A DNA stretch of 64,000 nt from Escherichia coli (GCF_030384885.1 NZ_CP128613.1), one strand, 5' to 3'; shown: positions 22,870 through 35,017, counted from the stretch's first letter. The notes: generated by a model from the letters alone, not told the origin. A program made the numbers and translations.

Positions 22870-23571
22870 ATGAAACATGACCATTTTGTTGTTCAAAGCC
22901 CGGATAAACCTGCACAACAGTTGTTACTGCTTTTCCATGGTGTCGGGGATAACCCGGTAGCGATGGGTGAGATCGGCAGCTGGTTTGCGCCGCTGTTTCC
23001 TGATGCACTGGTGGTGAGCGTCGGTGGCGCGGAGCCGAGCGGTAATCCGGCGGGGCGTCAGTGGTTTTCGGTGCAGGGTATTACGGAAGATAATCGCCAG
23101 GCGCGTGTGGATGCCATCATGCCGACGTTTATTGAGACGGTGCGCTACTGGCAGAAACAGAGCGGAGTAGGGGCTAACGCCACGGCGCTAATCGGTTTCT
23201 CACAAGGCGCGATTATGGCACTGGAGAGCATTAAAGCCGAACCGGGTCTTGCTTCGCGCGTCATTGCCTTTAACGGACGTTACGCCAGCTTGCCGGAAAC
23301 CGCGTCTACAGCCACGACAATTCACTTGATTCATGGCGGTGAAGATCCGGTTATCGATCTGGCGCATGCGGTTGCGGCGCAGGAAGCGTTAATCAGTGCA
23401 GGTGGTGATGTGACGCTGGATATTGTGGAGGATTTAGGCCATGCAATCGACAATCGCAGTATGCAATTTGCCCTGGATCACTTGCGTTATACCATTCCGA
23501 AACATTATTTCGACGAAGCGCTAAGTGGTGGCAAACCTGGCGATGATGATGTAATTGAAATGATGCAATAA
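22870..23571 (+). CDS. ypfH: Esterase/carboxylesterase YpfH (alpha/beta hydrolase)
   Basis: GFSQGA nucleophile elbow (GxSxG); start at MKHDHFVVQ. Confidence 0.85.
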   Translation: MKHDHFVVQSPDKPAQQLLLLFHGVGDNPVAMGEIGSWFAPLFPDALVVSVGGAEPSGNPAGRQWFSVQGITEDNRQARVDAIMPTFIETVRYWQKQSGVGANATALIGFSQGAIMALESIKAEPGLASRVIAFNGRYASLPETASTATTIHLIHGGEDPVIDLAHAVAAQEALISAGGDVTLDIVEDLGHAIDNRSMQFALDHLRYTIPKHYFDEALSGGKPGDDDVIEMMQ

Positions 23572-23574
23572 TAG

Positions 23575-23660
23575 CCTGGTAGGCCTGATAAGACGCGTGA
23601 GCGTCGCATCAGGCATCGTTCACCATTGCCGGATGCGGCATTAACGCCTTATCCGGCCAC
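23575..23660. repeat. REP (repetitive extragenic palindrome) pair
   Basis: gcctgataagacgcgtgagcgtcgcatcaggc and tgccggatgcggcattaacgccttatccggcc palindromes between convergent ypfH and ypfN. Confidence 0.7.
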
Positions 23661-23665
23661 TTAGC

Positions 23666-23866
23666 TTACTTCTTCGGTTGATCCTTTTTCGGCCAGTCAT
23701 CGTCATCGTCCCACTTATCGTTGAAATCACGATGCGGGGGAAGCTCCGGTTTGTTGGCGAGAAATTTCTTATGGTCGACGCGCTTGAGATCTTTAATCAC
23801 GTTCAGCAGGACGCCTACCAAAAAGACAATCACCAGAATCCACCAATATTTAGCCAGCCAGTCCAT
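23666..23866 (-). CDS. ypfN: Small membrane protein YpfN
   Basis: [27 protein letters not shown]... single TM then acidic/basic tail; 66 aa. Confidence 0.75.
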
Positions 23867-23893
23867 GCTTATTTCCTCTTGCAGAACCACTCA

Positions 23894-25021
23894 TCAGGCG
23901 ACGAGCTGTTCCATGATACGTTGATACATACGGGCAAGTAGCTGCAGGTCGGCAGCGTTCACACATTCATTAATTTTATGAATAGTGGCATTGACCGGCC
24001 CGAGTTCCACCACCTGCGCCCCCATGCGGGCAATAAAGCGCCCGTCAGACGTTCCGCCTGTGGTCAGTAGCTGCGGTTTAATTTCATTATAGTGCTCAAC
24101 CGCGTTAACGACCGCATCCACCAGTTTGCCGCGCGCGGTCAAAAATGGCTGCCCGGAAAGCCACCAATCCACCGTATAACGCAGTTGATGTTTTTCAAGC
24201 AGGGCAAGCACCTGCGCTTTGATCATCTCATCCGTCAGTTCGGTGCTAAAGCGGAAGTTAAACTGCACAAACAGTTCACCCGGAATAACGTTGTTACTGC
24301 CCGTTCCCGCCTGAATATTGGCAATCTGCATACTGGTCGCCGGGAAAAATTCATTACCCTGATCCCACTCAATAGCCACTAATTCATTAAGGAAAGGTGC
24401 TGCGCGATGTACCGGGTTGTCAGCCAGATGCGGGTAGGCTACATGCCCCTGCACGCCATGAATGGTGAGGTTGCAGGTTAACGATCCGCGACGACCATTT
24501 TTCACCACGTCACCAACCACTTCGATGCTCGATGGTTCGCCGACCAGGCAGTAATCGAGACGCTCATTACGCGCCATTAACGCTTCGACGACTTTTACCG
24601 TACCGTTGTGGGCACTGGCTTCTTCATCAGAAGTGATCAGGAATGCCAGTCGACCTGTATGGTTGGGATGTTGCGCGACAAAACGTTCTGCTGCTACCAC
24701 CATCGCCGCCAGTGAGCCTTTCATATCTGCCGCGCCGCGCCCGAACAACATGCCGTCACGAATGGTTGGTTCAAACGGCGGATTAATCCAACGGTCTGCG
24801 TCGCCAGGCGATACCACGTCGGTATGTCCGGCAAAGGCTAACGTTTCGCCCTGCCCACGCCACGCCCAAAAGTTTTGCGTATCGGCAAAGTCCATGCGTT
24901 CAACGGTAAAACCGATCGCCTGCAAACGTTCAATCAACAAAGCCTGGCATCCTGCGTCATCAGGACTCAGGGAAGGGCGGCGAATAAGCTGTTGTGTCAG
25001 CTCAATAACCGGGCACGACAT
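23894..25021 (-). CDS. dapE: Succinyl-diaminopimelate desuccinylase DapE (M20 peptidase)
   Basis: 375-aa [29 protein letters not shown]... Confidence 0.9.
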   Translation of the reverse strand: MSCPVIELTQQLIRRPSLSPDDAGCQALLIERLQAIGFTVERMDFADTQNFWAWRGQGETLAFAGHTDVVSPGDADRWINPPFEPTIRDGMLFGRGAADMKGSLAAMVVAAERFVAQHPNHTGRLAFLITSDEEASAHNGTVKVVEALMARNERLDYCLVGEPSSIEVVGDVVKNGRRGSLTCNLTIHGVQGHVAYPHLADNPVHRAAPFLNELVAIEWDQGNEFFPATSMQIANIQAGTGSNNVIPGELFVQFNFRFSTELTDEMIKAQVLALLEKHQLRYTVDWWLSGQPFLTARGKLVDAVVNAVEHYNEIKPQLLTTGGTSDGRFIARMGAQVVELGPVNATIHKINECVNAADLQLLARMYQRIMEQLVA

Positions 25022-25024
25022 AGA

Positions 25025-25399
<375 letters not shown>

Positions 25400-25761
25400 T
25401 TATGAGAATAAATACTCATTTAAGGGTGAAAACATTTTGCCTGCAAATGATTATCAAGAAATATAACATTATCGAAGTATTCAAATTAACAACTATTAAA
25501 TAATATTAAACATTTTTAACGTAAGCATTAAGAATATTCATCTTGTTATCTGCCTGTATTTTAAACAGAATTAAACCAGTACTAGATTCCGTATGAATAT
25601 CTCGAAATGTTGCTGTGTATCACATACAAATCATTACTGCAGGACCATAGTATTTACATAAAGTTTGTCCCCCGGAGGTAGTCATCGCAGCAATCGAGTA
25701 AATTAGCTTCACCACGGTATATTGTTTCCGTAGAATACCCATAATTATAAGAGAGGTTGTT

Positions 25762-25821
25762 ATGATTGAACGTGAACTGGGGAACTGGAAAGACTTTATC
25801 GAAGTTATGCTTCGTAAGTAA
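25762..25821 (+). CDS. ypfM: Micro-protein YpfM (19 aa)
   Basis: ATG at 25762 preceded by GAGAGG; encodes MIERELGNWKDFIEVMLRK; too short for the ORF track. Confidence 0.6.
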   Translation: MIERELGNWKDFIEVMLRK

Positions 25822-25881
25822 TTCCTGAGACAAAGTACAAACAGAAAGTACCTGCTGAACAGGTTCTTTATCGGAAAGTTG

Positions 25882-25914
25882 AAAAAGGCGACACATTGGT
25901 ATGTCGCCTTTTTA
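25882..25914. terminator. Candidate bidirectional rho-independent terminator (ypfM / acrD)
   Basis: aaaaAGGCGACAcattggtaTGTCGCCTtttt perfect 8-bp stem flanked by A/T runs on both sides. Confidence 0.6.
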
Positions 25915-25919
25915 ATTGC

Positions 25920-28900
25920 TTATTCCGGGCGTGGCTTCAGCGGGAAGCGGCGGCGCACCAGCACAAAGAACAGCGGCACGAAGTAAATAGCCAGAATCGT
26001 GGCCGAAATCATCCCGCCCATTACGCCAGTACCCACCGCATGCTGGCCACCGGAACCGGCCCCAGTGCTGGTTGCCATTGGCAATACGCCGAAGATAAAG
26101 GCCAGAGAGGTCATCAGAATCGGACGTAAACGCTGACGGCAGGCGTGGAGCGTCGCTTCAAACAGGTCGTGGCCTTTTTGGTTCATCTCGTTAGCAAATT
26201 CGACGATCAGGATGGCGTTTTTCGCCGATAAACCAATCACCGTTAACAGGCCTACCTGGAAGTAAACGTCGTTTTCCAGCCCGCGCAGCCAGGTTGCCAG
26301 CAGCGCGCCGATAACGCCCAGCGGCACGACCAGCATTACCGAGAACGGCACTGACCAGCTTTCATACAGCGCCGCCAGACACAGGAATACCACCAGCAAT
26401 GAAATGGCATACAGCGCCGGAGCCTGCGCGCCGGAGAGTCGCTCCTGATACGACATCGCCGTCCATTCCAGACCAAAGCCGCTTGGCAACTGCTTCACTA
26501 ACGATTCCATAATATCCATTGCAGTACCGGTGCTGACCCCCGGCGCGGCTTCCCCGACAATCTCTACCGCTGAATAACCGTTATAGCGTTCCAGACGCGG
26601 CGAGCCTGTTTCCCAGCGTGAGGTCGCGAAAGCAGAGAAGGGGACCATGCCACCATCTTTATTTCGTACATACCAGAGATTGATGTCATCTGGCAGCATG
26701 CGATATGGCGCAGCGGCCTGCACATAGACTTTCTTCACGCGACCGCGATCCATAAAGTCATTCACATAGCTTGAACCCCACGCGGTTTGCAGCGTGTCGT
26801 TAATATCGTCGATAGCAACGCCCAGCGCCTGAGCTTTACGCTGATCGATATCAATCTGCAACTGCGGACTGTCGTCAAGGCCGTTATGGCGTACACGGGT
26901 TAACTCCGGATTTTCCGCCGCCAGAGCCAGCAACTGGTTACGTGCTGCCATCAGCGCATCGTGACCCGCACCAGCGTGGTCCTGCAACTCCATATCAAAA
27001 CCCGCAGAACTGCCAAGGCCGCTAATTGCTGGCGGGCTGCTGGCGATAACGCGAGCTTCTTTAATCTTATTAAATTCCTTCGTTGCACGTTCGATAATGG
27101 CAAACGAGGTGCCGGTCTTACTGTCGCGTTCGCTCCAGTCTTTCAGGCGGATAAACATTCGTGCCACGTTTTGCCCGTTACCCCCAGGGCCAGAACCAAC
27201 GGTGGCAAACACCGACATGATATTGTCTTTTTCATGGGTGAAGTAATACTTCTCGATTTGCTCAACGACTTTCAGGGTCTGTTGCTGAGTTGAACCGCTG
27301 GGTAATTGCACCGAGGTAGTGAACATGCCACGGTCTTCCAGTGGCAAGAACGACGTCGGCAAACGCAGGAACAGGAACACCATGCCGCCAAGCAGCAGGA
27401 CATAAATCACAATCCAGCGCAGGCTACGGTGGAGAATTTTCGCCACCCCTTTTTCGTAGCGTTCGGCGTTACGATTAAACATCTGGTTAAACCAGGCAAA
27501 AAAGCCTTTTTGCCCGTGATGCTCACCTTTTTTCAGCGGCTTAAGTAGCGTGGCGCACAGAGCCGGAGTGAGGATCATTGCTACCAGTACTGACAGCACC
27601 ATCGCCGCAACAATGGTAATAGAAAACTGGCGATAGATAGCTCCGGTGGTGCCACCGAAGAAGGCCATTGGCACAAATACCGCCGACAGCACCATCGCAA
27701 TCCCGACCAGTGCCCCCTGGATCTGCCCCATCGATTTACGTGTGGCTTCGCGAGGAGTGAGTCCTTCCTCACTCATAATACGTTCGACGTTTTCCACCAC
27801 CACGATGGCGTCATCCACCAGCAGACCGATCGCCAGCACCATCGCGAACATGGTTAAGGTGTTGACGCTGTAACCGAAGGCGTAAAGTACGGAGAAGGTT
27901 CCCATCAACACCACCGGCACGGCGATAGTTGGTATCAGCGTGGCACGGAAGTTTTGCAAGAACAGATACATAACGAGGAAAACCAGGGCGATAGCTTCCA
28001 GCAGCGTTTTCACCACGTCTTCAATGGAGGCTTTAACAAATGAGGTGGTTTCATATGCCACCTTGTATTCCAGTCCGTGTGGGAAGTACTGCGCCAGTTC
28101 GTCGAGACGATTGAGTACCAGCTCCGCTGTTGCCATTTCGTTCGCGCCGGAGGCCAGTTTTACCCCCAGCCCGGAGGCTGGCTTACCGTTGAAGCGGCTG
28201 AGATAATCGTATTTCTCTGCCCCCATTTCGACGGTGGCGACATCGCCCAGCCTTACTTCTGAGCCGTCCTGATTCACCCGTAAGGTGATATCGCGGAACT
28301 GTTCTGGTGTTTGCAGCAGTGACTGGGCGTTAATGGTGGCGTTGAGCGCCTGCTTATCGACGGAAGGCGTACCACCAAGTTGCCCAACCGCAATCTGCGC
28401 GTTCTGTGACTCAATGGCATCAGTGACATCTTTAGCCGTCATCTGAAAACTGTTGAGTTTCGCCGGGTCCAGCCAGATACGCATTGAATATTGCGAACCA
28501 TAGGCATCGATATCCCCGACGCCATTCACGCGGCTTAATGGGTCCTGAATATTACTGGCAACGTAATCGGCAATATCCTGCTTATCCATCGAACCATCGG
28601 TAGAGACGAAGGCAATGGTAAGAATGTTGGTATCGCCGGTTTTACGCACCGTCACGCCCTGATTTTGCACCGCCTGCGGCAACTTTCGCATGGCTGATTG
28701 CAGCTGGTTTTGTACTTGCTGCACTGCTTCGTCCGGATCGGTGCCCGCTTTAAAACTTAAGGTGACAGATGCCTGACCGGTGCCACTGCTTTGAGACGAC
28801 ATATACATGAGATTATCGAGGCCGGTCATATTTTGCTCGATAACCTGGGTCACGGTGTTTTCCAGCGTCTGAGCCGATGCGCCGGGATAGTTAGCGGTTA

Positions 28901-29033
28901 CTCGCACATTAGGCGGTGCAAGATCCGGGTATTGTTCAACGGGCAATGAGAAAATCGCCAGGGTTCCTGTCAGACACAACAGGATTGCCAGCACCCAAGC
29001 AAAAATGGGGCGATCAATAAAGAAATTCGCCAT
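25920..29033 (-). CDS. acrD: RND multidrug/aminoglycoside efflux pump AcrD
   Basis: 1037-aa RND transporter, [23 protein letters not shown]... Confidence 0.9.
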   Translation of the reverse strand: MANFFIDRPIFAWVLAILLCLTGTLAIFSLPVEQYPDLAPPNVRVTANYPGASAQTLENTVTQVIEQNMTGLDNLMYMSSQSSGTGQASVTLSFKAGTDPDEAVQQVQNQLQSAMRKLPQAVQNQGVTVRKTGDTNILTIAFVSTDGSMDKQDIADYVASNIQDPLSRVNGVGDIDAYGSQYSMRIWLDPAKLNSFQMTAKDVTDAIESQNAQIAVGQLGGTPSVDKQALNATINAQSLLQTPEQFRDITLRVNQDGSEVRLGDVATVEMGAEKYDYLSRFNGKPASGLGVKLASGANEMATAELVLNRLDELAQYFPHGLEYKVAYETTSFVKASIEDVVKTLLEAIALVFLVMYLFLQNFRATLIPTIAVPVVLMGTFSVLYAFGYSVNTLTMFAMVLAIGLLVDDAIVVVENVERIMSEEGLTPREATRKSMGQIQGALVGIAMVLSAVFVPMAFFGGTTGAIYRQFSITIVAAMVLSVLVAMILTPALCATLLKPLKKGEHHGQKGFFAWFNQMFNRNAERYEKGVAKILHRSLRWIVIYVLLLGGMVFLFLRLPTSFLPLEDRGMFTTSVQLPSGSTQQQTLKVVEQIEKYYFTHEKDNIMSVFATVGSGPGGNGQNVARMFIRLKDWSERDSKTGTSFAIIERATKEFNKIKEARVIASSPPAISGLGSSAGFDMELQDHAGAGHDALMAARNQLLALAAENPELTRVRHNGLDDSPQLQIDIDQRKAQALGVAIDDINDTLQTAWGSSYVNDFMDRGRVKKVYVQAAAPYRMLPDDINLWYVRNKDGGMVPFSAFATSRWETGSPRLERYNGYSAVEIVGEAAPGVSTGTAMDIMESLVKQLPSGFGLEWTAMSYQERLSGAQAPALYAISLLVVFLCLAALYESWSVPFSVMLVVPLGVIGALLATWLRGLENDVYFQVGLLTVIGLSAKNAILIVEFANEMNQKGHDLFEATLHACRQRLRPILMTSLAFIFGVLPMATSTGAGSGGQHAVGTGVMGGMISATILAIYFVPLFFVLVRRRFPLKPRPE

Positions 29034-29104
29034 TAAAAGAGGACCTCGTGTTTCTGCGTATTGTTGTTGGCATGCCTTGCTTCACTGTAGCGGCAAGGTA
29101 CGGA

Positions 29105-29121
29105 CCAATCGTGGAGAAAAA
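29105..29121 (-). promoter_or_regulatory. Candidate BaeR box upstream of acrD
   Basis: Reverse strand TTTTTCTCCACGATTGG resembles the BaeR consensus TTTTTCTCCATDATTGGC as I recall it; ~75 bp upstream of acrD start. Confidence 0.45.
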
Positions 29122-29196
29122 AAGGAGTTAATGTAAATTATCATGCCCTTTTATACTGAACCTTAAGTGCAAGTATTCTTTGGTCAGTAGGTGGCA

Positions 29197-30897
29197 TTAC
29201 ATTAGCTGGCTTTCCTCACCCTCCGCAGAGCGAAAGCTAATACTCACTAACGTGCCGCCACCGGAAGGTTGTGAAAAAGTCAGCGTTCCACCCAGTCGTT
29301 CCGCGCGTTCGCGCATAATATTCAGACCATAGTGACCTTCGGGTTCTTTCGGTTCTCCGATGCCAATCCCGTTATCACGGATATAGACTGTGTGATTGCC
29401 GTCCGGTGCGGTGACGCAGCTGACGGCAATTTCGCTGGCGTTGGCGTGCTTCATCGCATTGAGTACCGCTTCGCGAATAATTTGCAACAAATGCACCTGC
29501 ATTTGCGCATCCAGCGCCAGTGTTGGCAGACGGCAGTCGAGAGTCAGTTTTGCGCTGGTTTGATTTTGTAACGTATCCAGCATTTCCCGCAACGCGGAGG
29601 GAAGATCCGCTTGCTGCAGCGTCAGGCGGAACGTGGTCAACAGCTCGCGTAACTGTCGATAAGCATCATTCAATGCCTGGGAGAAATCGGCCATGATATT
29701 TTGTGCGGTGGCGTTATCTTCCGGTATCGAACGTTTAAGTAACGTCAACTGGATACGTAAGTAAGAAAGCACCTGGGCCAGCGAATCATGTAATTCCCGT
29801 GCGATGGTGGCACGTTCTTCCATCAACAGTAACTGCTGAAAATGCTTCTGCGCCTGATTAAAGTACAAACCGCGCCCCAGCATCGACGAAACGCTGTTAA
29901 GCAGCGGTTCTGATGATGACACGTGGCTATTTTGCCAGTGCAGTTCGCCGTAAACCGTCTCTTGCATCGTTACCGGTAAAATCTGCATCGGCAATTCGGG
30001 GTTTGGTTTCCCTTCACTAATCCGCCAGTTTTCACCGACATTCAACTCCAGATATTCAGCCGCTTCATTGTCGCGAACAATCTGCAAAATATGGCGGAAA
30101 CAATGCACATCTATCTGGCTGGTGTTCAGCGCCTGCGAACACTGATACAACACCTCCAGGCGACGCTTGGCCTCGTGGAGATCACGGGTTTTTTCTTCTA
30201 CTGACGCTTCCAGCGAACGATACAATTTATGCAGCTCGCTCGACATCTGGTTAAAGGTTTTGGCCAACAGTCCCAGCTCATTGGGCAGACTGGTATCCAG
30301 CGGCGGCGAATCGAACTGGCCGTGTTCAATACGCTGACTGGCGGTAACCAGCTGATTCAGCGGGGCAACCACCTGATGGCGTATGCGGCGCAGAGTAAAA
30401 AAGACCAGCGTGAAAATACCGATGCCGCCAGCCAGGGAGATCGCCACCACCAGCAGCATTTTGCGTTCGGCGTAGTGCTGTAAAGCCAGCACGAACAGGT
30501 CTATCTGATTAACATAATTATTAATATTGGCCTGATACCACGGCAAATCGCCCTTGCTGAGCCGATTATTCATCTCCAGCCAGTTGGCATTCAGATGCGC
30601 ATAGCGGGTTTTTACTGCCTCTGGCACATACCAGACGTTGAGATTGGTTAACACCGGTGAGTGCAGTGCCTGTTGGAACAGCTGGCGATGCGCATTGAGT
30701 TGTGGACTGCCGCTTTGCAAGTCGTAGCCCAGGCGGTAACTCTGCATACGCAACGATCCGGCAATATTGATAGCCTCAGCGTCGCGCAAACTGCTCGCCA
30801 GAGTTAGCAGTGCGATACCCGTGGAAAGAATCGACAGCAGCACAATGTAAAAAAAGGCCCGGGCCAAACTGGCCGAGACGGGGCGTTTAACAATCAC
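29197..30897 (-). CDS. narQ: Nitrate/nitrite sensor histidine kinase NarQ
   Basis: Two TM segments, HAMP, H-box ELHDSLAQ, C-terminal ATPase; start assigned to GTG at 30897 (MIVKRPVSASLARAF) giving 566 aa. Confidence 0.85.
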   Translation of the reverse strand: MIVKRPVSASLARAFFYIVLLSILSTGIALLTLASSLRDAEAINIAGSLRMQSYRLGYDLQSGSPQLNAHRQLFQQALHSPVLTNLNVWYVPEAVKTRYAHLNANWLEMNNRLSKGDLPWYQANINNYVNQIDLFVLALQHYAERKMLLVVAISLAGGIGIFTLVFFTLRRIRHQVVAPLNQLVTASQRIEHGQFDSPPLDTSLPNELGLLAKTFNQMSSELHKLYRSLEASVEEKTRDLHEAKRRLEVLYQCSQALNTSQIDVHCFRHILQIVRDNEAAEYLELNVGENWRISEGKPNPELPMQILPVTMQETVYGELHWQNSHVSSSEPLLNSVSSMLGRGLYFNQAQKHFQQLLLMEERATIARELHDSLAQVLSYLRIQLTLLKRSIPEDNATAQNIMADFSQALNDAYRQLRELLTTFRLTLQQADLPSALREMLDTLQNQTSAKLTLDCRLPTLALDAQMQVHLLQIIREAVLNAMKHANASEIAVSCVTAPDGNHTVYIRDNGIGIGEPKEPEGHYGLNIMRERAERLGGTLTFSQPSGGGTLVSISFRSAEGEESQLM

Positions 30898-31102
30898 ACG
30901 CGTCTTCTCCACATAAAATCATTAATGTTCCAGTTTGCTGAAATGCAATTTAATCAGTGATGGGATTATTTGATCTGCCACAGTTTATAGCGAAATAGTG
31001 ACTTATTCTGGGCACATGAACATTGCCGATTCCCCTGTAAGTCGGGTAATAACAACACTCATATAAAGAATAAGGTTTTTACAACCAAAAAAGAAGGTCG
31101 TT

Positions 31103-33082
31103 ATGAATCGTTTTATTATGGCCAACAGTCAGCAATGTCTGGGTTGTCATGCTTGTGAAATCGCCTGTGTCATGGCTCACAATGATGAGCAACATGTCCT
31201 GAGCCAACACCATTTTCATCCCCGAATTACGGTTATCAAACATCAGCAGCAACGTAGTGCGGTGACCTGTCACCATTGCGAAGATGCGCCCTGCGCCCGT
31301 AGTTGCCCTAATGGCGCGATCAGCCATGTTGATGACAGCATTCAGGTCAATCAGCAAAAGTGTATTGGCTGTAAATCCTGCGTGGTAGCTTGTCCATTTG
31401 GTACGATGCAAATCGTCCTGACACCCGTCGCGGCAGGCAAAGTTAAAGCCACGGCGCATAAATGCGACCTTTGTGCAGGTCGCGAAAGCGGTCCTGCCTG
31501 TGTCGAGAATTGTCCGGCGGACGCTCTGCAACTGGTCACTGACGCCGCACTTTCCGGCATAGCGAAATCTCGCCGCCTGCGCACCGCACGTCAGGAGCAT
31601 CAACCGTGGCATGCCAGTACTGGGGCACCAGAAATGCCGGCGATGAGTAAAGTCGAGCAAATGCAGGCAACCCCCGCGCGAGGCGAGCCGGATAAACTGG
31701 CGATTGAAGCGCGCAAAACTGGTTTTGATGAAATTTATCTGCCATTTCGCGCCGACCAGGCACAACGGGAAGCCTCGCGTTGCCTGAAGTGCGGCGAGCA
31801 CAGCGTTTGTGAATGGACCTGCCCTCTGCATAACCACATTCCGCAGTGGATAGAGCTGGTGAAAGCCGGAAATATCGACGCCGCCGTCGAGCTTTCTCAC
31901 CAGACCAACACCCTGCCAGAAATTACCGGACGCGTTTGCCCGCAAGACCGTCTGTGCGAAGGAGCCTGCACCATTCGCGATGAGCACGGAGCGGTAACTA
32001 TCGGCAACATCGAACGCTACATTTCGGATCAGGCGTTGGCGAAAGGTTGGCGTCCTGACTTAAGCCATGTCACCAAAGTGGATAAGCGGGTGGCGATTAT
32101 CGGTGCAGGTCCGGCAGGGCTAGCCTGTGCGGATGTTCTGATCCGCAATGGCGTGGAGGTGACGGTGTACGATCGCCATCCAGAAATCGGTGGCCTGCTC
32201 ACCTTCGGCATTCCTTCTTTCAAACTGGATAAGTCCCTGCTGGCGCGTCGCCGGGAAATCTTCAGCGCGATGGGGATTCACTTCGAACTCAATTGTGAAG
32301 TGGGTAAAGATGTCTCTTTGGATTCGCTTTTGGAACAATACGACGCGGTCTTCGTTGGCGTAGGCACTTACCGTTCCATGAAAGCGGGTTTACCTAATGA
32401 AGATGCGCCGGGCGTTTATGACGCGCTGCCATTCCTCATCGCCAACACTAAACAGGTGATGGGACTTGAAGAGTTACCTGAAGAGCCGTTTATCAATACC
32501 GCCGGACTCAATGTCGTGGTACTGGGCGGTGGCGACACCGCGATGGACTGTGTGCGTACCGCGCTGCGCCATGGCGCGAGTAACGTCACCTGTGCCTACC
32601 GTCGTGATGAAGCTAACATGCCTGGCTCGAAGAAGGAGGTGAAGAACGCCCGCGAAGAGGGGGCAAACTTCGAATTTAACGTCCAGCCGGTGGCGCTTGA
32701 GCTGAATGAGCAAGGTCATGTTTGCGGAATTCGTTTCCTGCGTACGTGTCTTGGCGAGCCGGATGCCCAGGGGCGTCGGCGTCCGGTGCCGGTGGAAGGC
32801 AGTGAGTTTGTGATGCCAGCCGATGCGGTGATCATGGCATTTGGTTTTAATCCTCATGGTATGCCGTGGCTGGAGTCGCACGGTGTAACGGTGGATAAAT
32901 GGGGCCGCATCGTAGCGGACGTTGAAAGCCAGTACCGTTACCAGACCACGAATCCGAAAATCTTCGCAGGTGGCGATGCCGTGCGTGGTGCGGATCTGGT
33001 GGTTACCGCAATGGCAGAAGGACGTCATGCGGCACAGGGGATCATTGACTGGCTGGGGGTAAAATCAGTCAAATCTCACTAA
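31103..33082 (+). CDS. aegA: Fe-S / FAD-NAD(P) oxidoreductase AegA (GltD-like)
   Basis: 659 aa; multiple CxxCxxCxxxCP ferredoxin motifs and GAGPAGL dinucleotide-binding motif. Confidence 0.85.
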   Translation: MNRFIMANSQQCLGCHACEIACVMAHNDEQHVLSQHHFHPRITVIKHQQQRSAVTCHHCEDAPCARSCPNGAISHVDDSIQVNQQKCIGCKSCVVACPFGTMQIVLTPVAAGKVKATAHKCDLCAGRESGPACVENCPADALQLVTDAALSGIAKSRRLRTARQEHQPWHASTGAPEMPAMSKVEQMQATPARGEPDKLAIEARKTGFDEIYLPFRADQAQREASRCLKCGEHSVCEWTCPLHNHIPQWIELVKAGNIDAAVELSHQTNTLPEITGRVCPQDRLCEGACTIRDEHGAVTIGNIERYISDQALAKGWRPDLSHVTKVDKRVAIIGAGPAGLACADVLIRNGVEVTVYDRHPEIGGLLTFGIPSFKLDKSLLARRREIFSAMGIHFELNCEVGKDVSLDSLLEQYDAVFVGVGTYRSMKAGLPNEDAPGVYDALPFLIANTKQVMGLEELPEEPFINTAGLNVVVLGGGDTAMDCVRTALRHGASNVTCAYRRDEANMPGSKKEVKNAREEGANFEFNVQPVALELNEQGHVCGIRFLRTCLGEPDAQGRRRPVPVEGSEFVMPADAVIMAFGFNPHGMPWLESHGVTVDKWGRIVADVESQYRYQTTNPKIFAGGDAVRGADLVVTAMAEGRHAAQGIIDWLGVKSVKSH

Positions 33083-33149
33083 TAGCCTGCGCAGACAAAT
33101 CCGGCTTCACAGCGTAAGATAATTGTTCATTTCGCGCTGTGGAGTCGGT

Positions 33150-33725
33150 ATGACGCAACAAATCACCCTCATTAAAGACAAAATTCTCTCCGATAACTAT
33201 TTCACCCTGCACAACATTACTTACGATCTCACGCGAAAAGATGGCGAAGTTATCCGCCATAAACGTGAAGTTTATGATCGTGGTAATGGTGCGACGATCC
33301 TCCTGTACAACGCGAAGAAAAAGACCGTCGTTCTGATTCGTCAGTTCCGCGTCGCTACCTGGGTTAATGGCAATGACAGCGGGCAGCTGATTGAAACCTG
33401 CGCCGGGCTGCTGGATAACGACGAACCGGAAGTGTGTATTCGCAAAGAAGCGATTGAAGAGACGGGGTATGAAGTTGGCGAAGTGCGCAAATTATTTGAA
33501 CTGTATATGTCGCCAGGCGGTGTGACTGAGCTAATCCACTTTTTTATCGCCGAATACAGTGACAGCCAGCGCGCTAATGCGGGCGGTGGTGTCGAAGATG
33601 AAGATATTGAAGTGCTCGAGCTGCCGTTCAGCCAGGCGCTGGAGATGATCAAAAGCGGCGAAATACGTGACGGTAAGACGGTGTTATTGCTTAACTATTT
33701 GCAAACATCACATTTAATGGACTGA
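33150..33725 (+). CDS. nudK: GDP-mannose pyrophosphatase NudK (Nudix hydrolase)
   Basis: Nudix box [21 protein letters not shown]; start at [11 protein letters not shown]. Confidence 0.85.
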   Translation: MTQQITLIKDKILSDNYFTLHNITYDLTRKDGEVIRHKREVYDRGNGATILLYNAKKKTVVLIRQFRVATWVNGNDSGQLIETCAGLLDNDEPEVCIRKEAIEETGYEVGEVRKLFELYMSPGGVTELIHFFIAEYSDSQRANAGGGVEDEDIEVLELPFSQALEMIKSGEIRDGKTVLLLNYLQTSHLMD

Positions 33726-33850
33726 AAAATAACAATAATATTTCGTTGTTTATTATTGGCTCAATCCGATAAATCCGATTGAGCCGCGCTACCTGCGCAA
33801 CGAAGATACGACTTGTGCTGTTTGTTTGAACTTCTGGGGTCGTACCGTCC

Positions 33851-34894
33851 ATGCGCTATCGCATTTTCCTTCTCTTTTTTTTCGCTTTGTTGCCGACGTC
33901 TTTGGTGTGGGCGGCACCAGCGCAACGGGCATTTTCCGACTGGCAGGTCACCTGTAATAATCAAAATTTCTGTGTGGCGCGCAATACGGGCAATCATAAT
34001 GGACTGGTGATGACCCTGAGCCGCAGCGCCGGGGCGCATACCGATGCCGTTTTACGTATTGAGCGCGGCGGGTTGAAGTCGCCGGATGCGTCGGAAGGGG
34101 AGATAGCGCCACGGCTGCTGTTAGATGGCGAGCCGTTGGCGTTGAGTGGTAACACGTGGCGGATTTCACCATGGTTATTAGTAACCGATGATACGACAAC
34201 CATCACCGCGTTTTTGCAGATGATTCAGGAAGGGAAAGCGATCACCTTACGCGACGGCGATCAGACCATTTCACTGAGTGGCTTAAAAGCAGCGTTGTTG
34301 TTTATTGATGCCCAGCAAAAGCGCCTCGGCAGTGAAACTGCGTGGATCAAGAAAGGGGACGAACCGCCGCTCAGTGTACCGCCAGCGCCTGCGCTAAAAG
34401 AGGTCGCGGTAGTGAACCCGACGCCGACCCCACTTTCTCGTGAAGAACGTAACGATTTGCTGGATTACGGTAACTGGCGGATGAATGGTCTGCGCTGTTC
34501 GCTTGATCCGTTGCGTCGTGAAGTGAGCGTTACGGCGCTGACCGACGATAAAGCATTAATGATGATTAGCTGTGAAGCAGGCGCGTATAACACCATTGAT
34601 CTTGCGTGGATTGTGTCGCGTAAAAAGCCACTGGCTTCGCGCCCGGTACGGTTGCGTTTGCCGTTCAACAACGGTCAGGAGACCAATGAACTGGAACTGA
34701 TGAACGCAACATTCGATGAAAAATCGCGTGAACTGGTGACCTTAGCAAAAGGGCGCGGATTAAGCGATTGTGGCATTCAGGCGCGCTGGCGCTTTGACGG
34801 TCAGCGTTTTCGCCTGGTGCGTTACGCCGCAGAACCCACCTGTGATAACTGGCATGGGCCAGACGCCTGGCCCACGTTGTGGATCACCCGTTAA
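33851..34894 (+). CDS. ypfG: Periplasmic protein YpfG (DUF1176 family)
   Basis: 347 aa with N-terminal signal peptide MRYRIFLLFFFALLPTSLVWA. Confidence 0.8.
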   Translation: MRYRIFLLFFFALLPTSLVWAAPAQRAFSDWQVTCNNQNFCVARNTGNHNGLVMTLSRSAGAHTDAVLRIERGGLKSPDASEGEIAPRLLLDGEPLALSGNTWRISPWLLVTDDTTTITAFLQMIQEGKAITLRDGDQTISLSGLKAALLFIDAQQKRLGSETAWIKKGDEPPLSVPPAPALKEVAVVNPTPTPLSREERNDLLDYGNWRMNGLRCSLDPLRREVSVTALTDDKALMMISCEAGAYNTIDLAWIVSRKKPLASRPVRLRLPFNNGQETNELELMNATFDEKSRELVTLAKGRGLSDCGIQARWRFDGQRFRLVRYAAEPTCDNWHGPDAWPTLWITR

Positions 34895-34907
34895 ACATAA
34901 TAGCGGG

Positions 34908-35014
34908 AACATGTCAGCCTGATAAGACGCGTCAGGCCGGATAAGACGCGTCAGCGTCGCATCCGGCAATCAGCATCCGGCAATCAGCATCCGGCAATCA
35001 GCATCCGGCAATCA
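34908..35014. repeat. REP-like units followed by 4 tandem copies of a 14-bp repeat (gcatccggcaatca)
   Basis: Two gataagacgcgtcag units, then gcatccggcaatca x4 at 34959..35014, in the ypfG-tktB convergent spacer. Confidence 0.8.
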
Positions 35015-35017
35015 CCA

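Noticed and set aside
31079-31987. 302-aa ORF on the - strand
   Set aside because: Antisense to aegA, whose Fe-S and dinucleotide-binding motifs identify the + strand as coding.
34959-35014. Tandem 14-bp repeat as a coding or peptide-repeat region
   Set aside because: Intergenic between convergent gene ends, no ORF of meaningful length, and flanked by REP-type palindromes.
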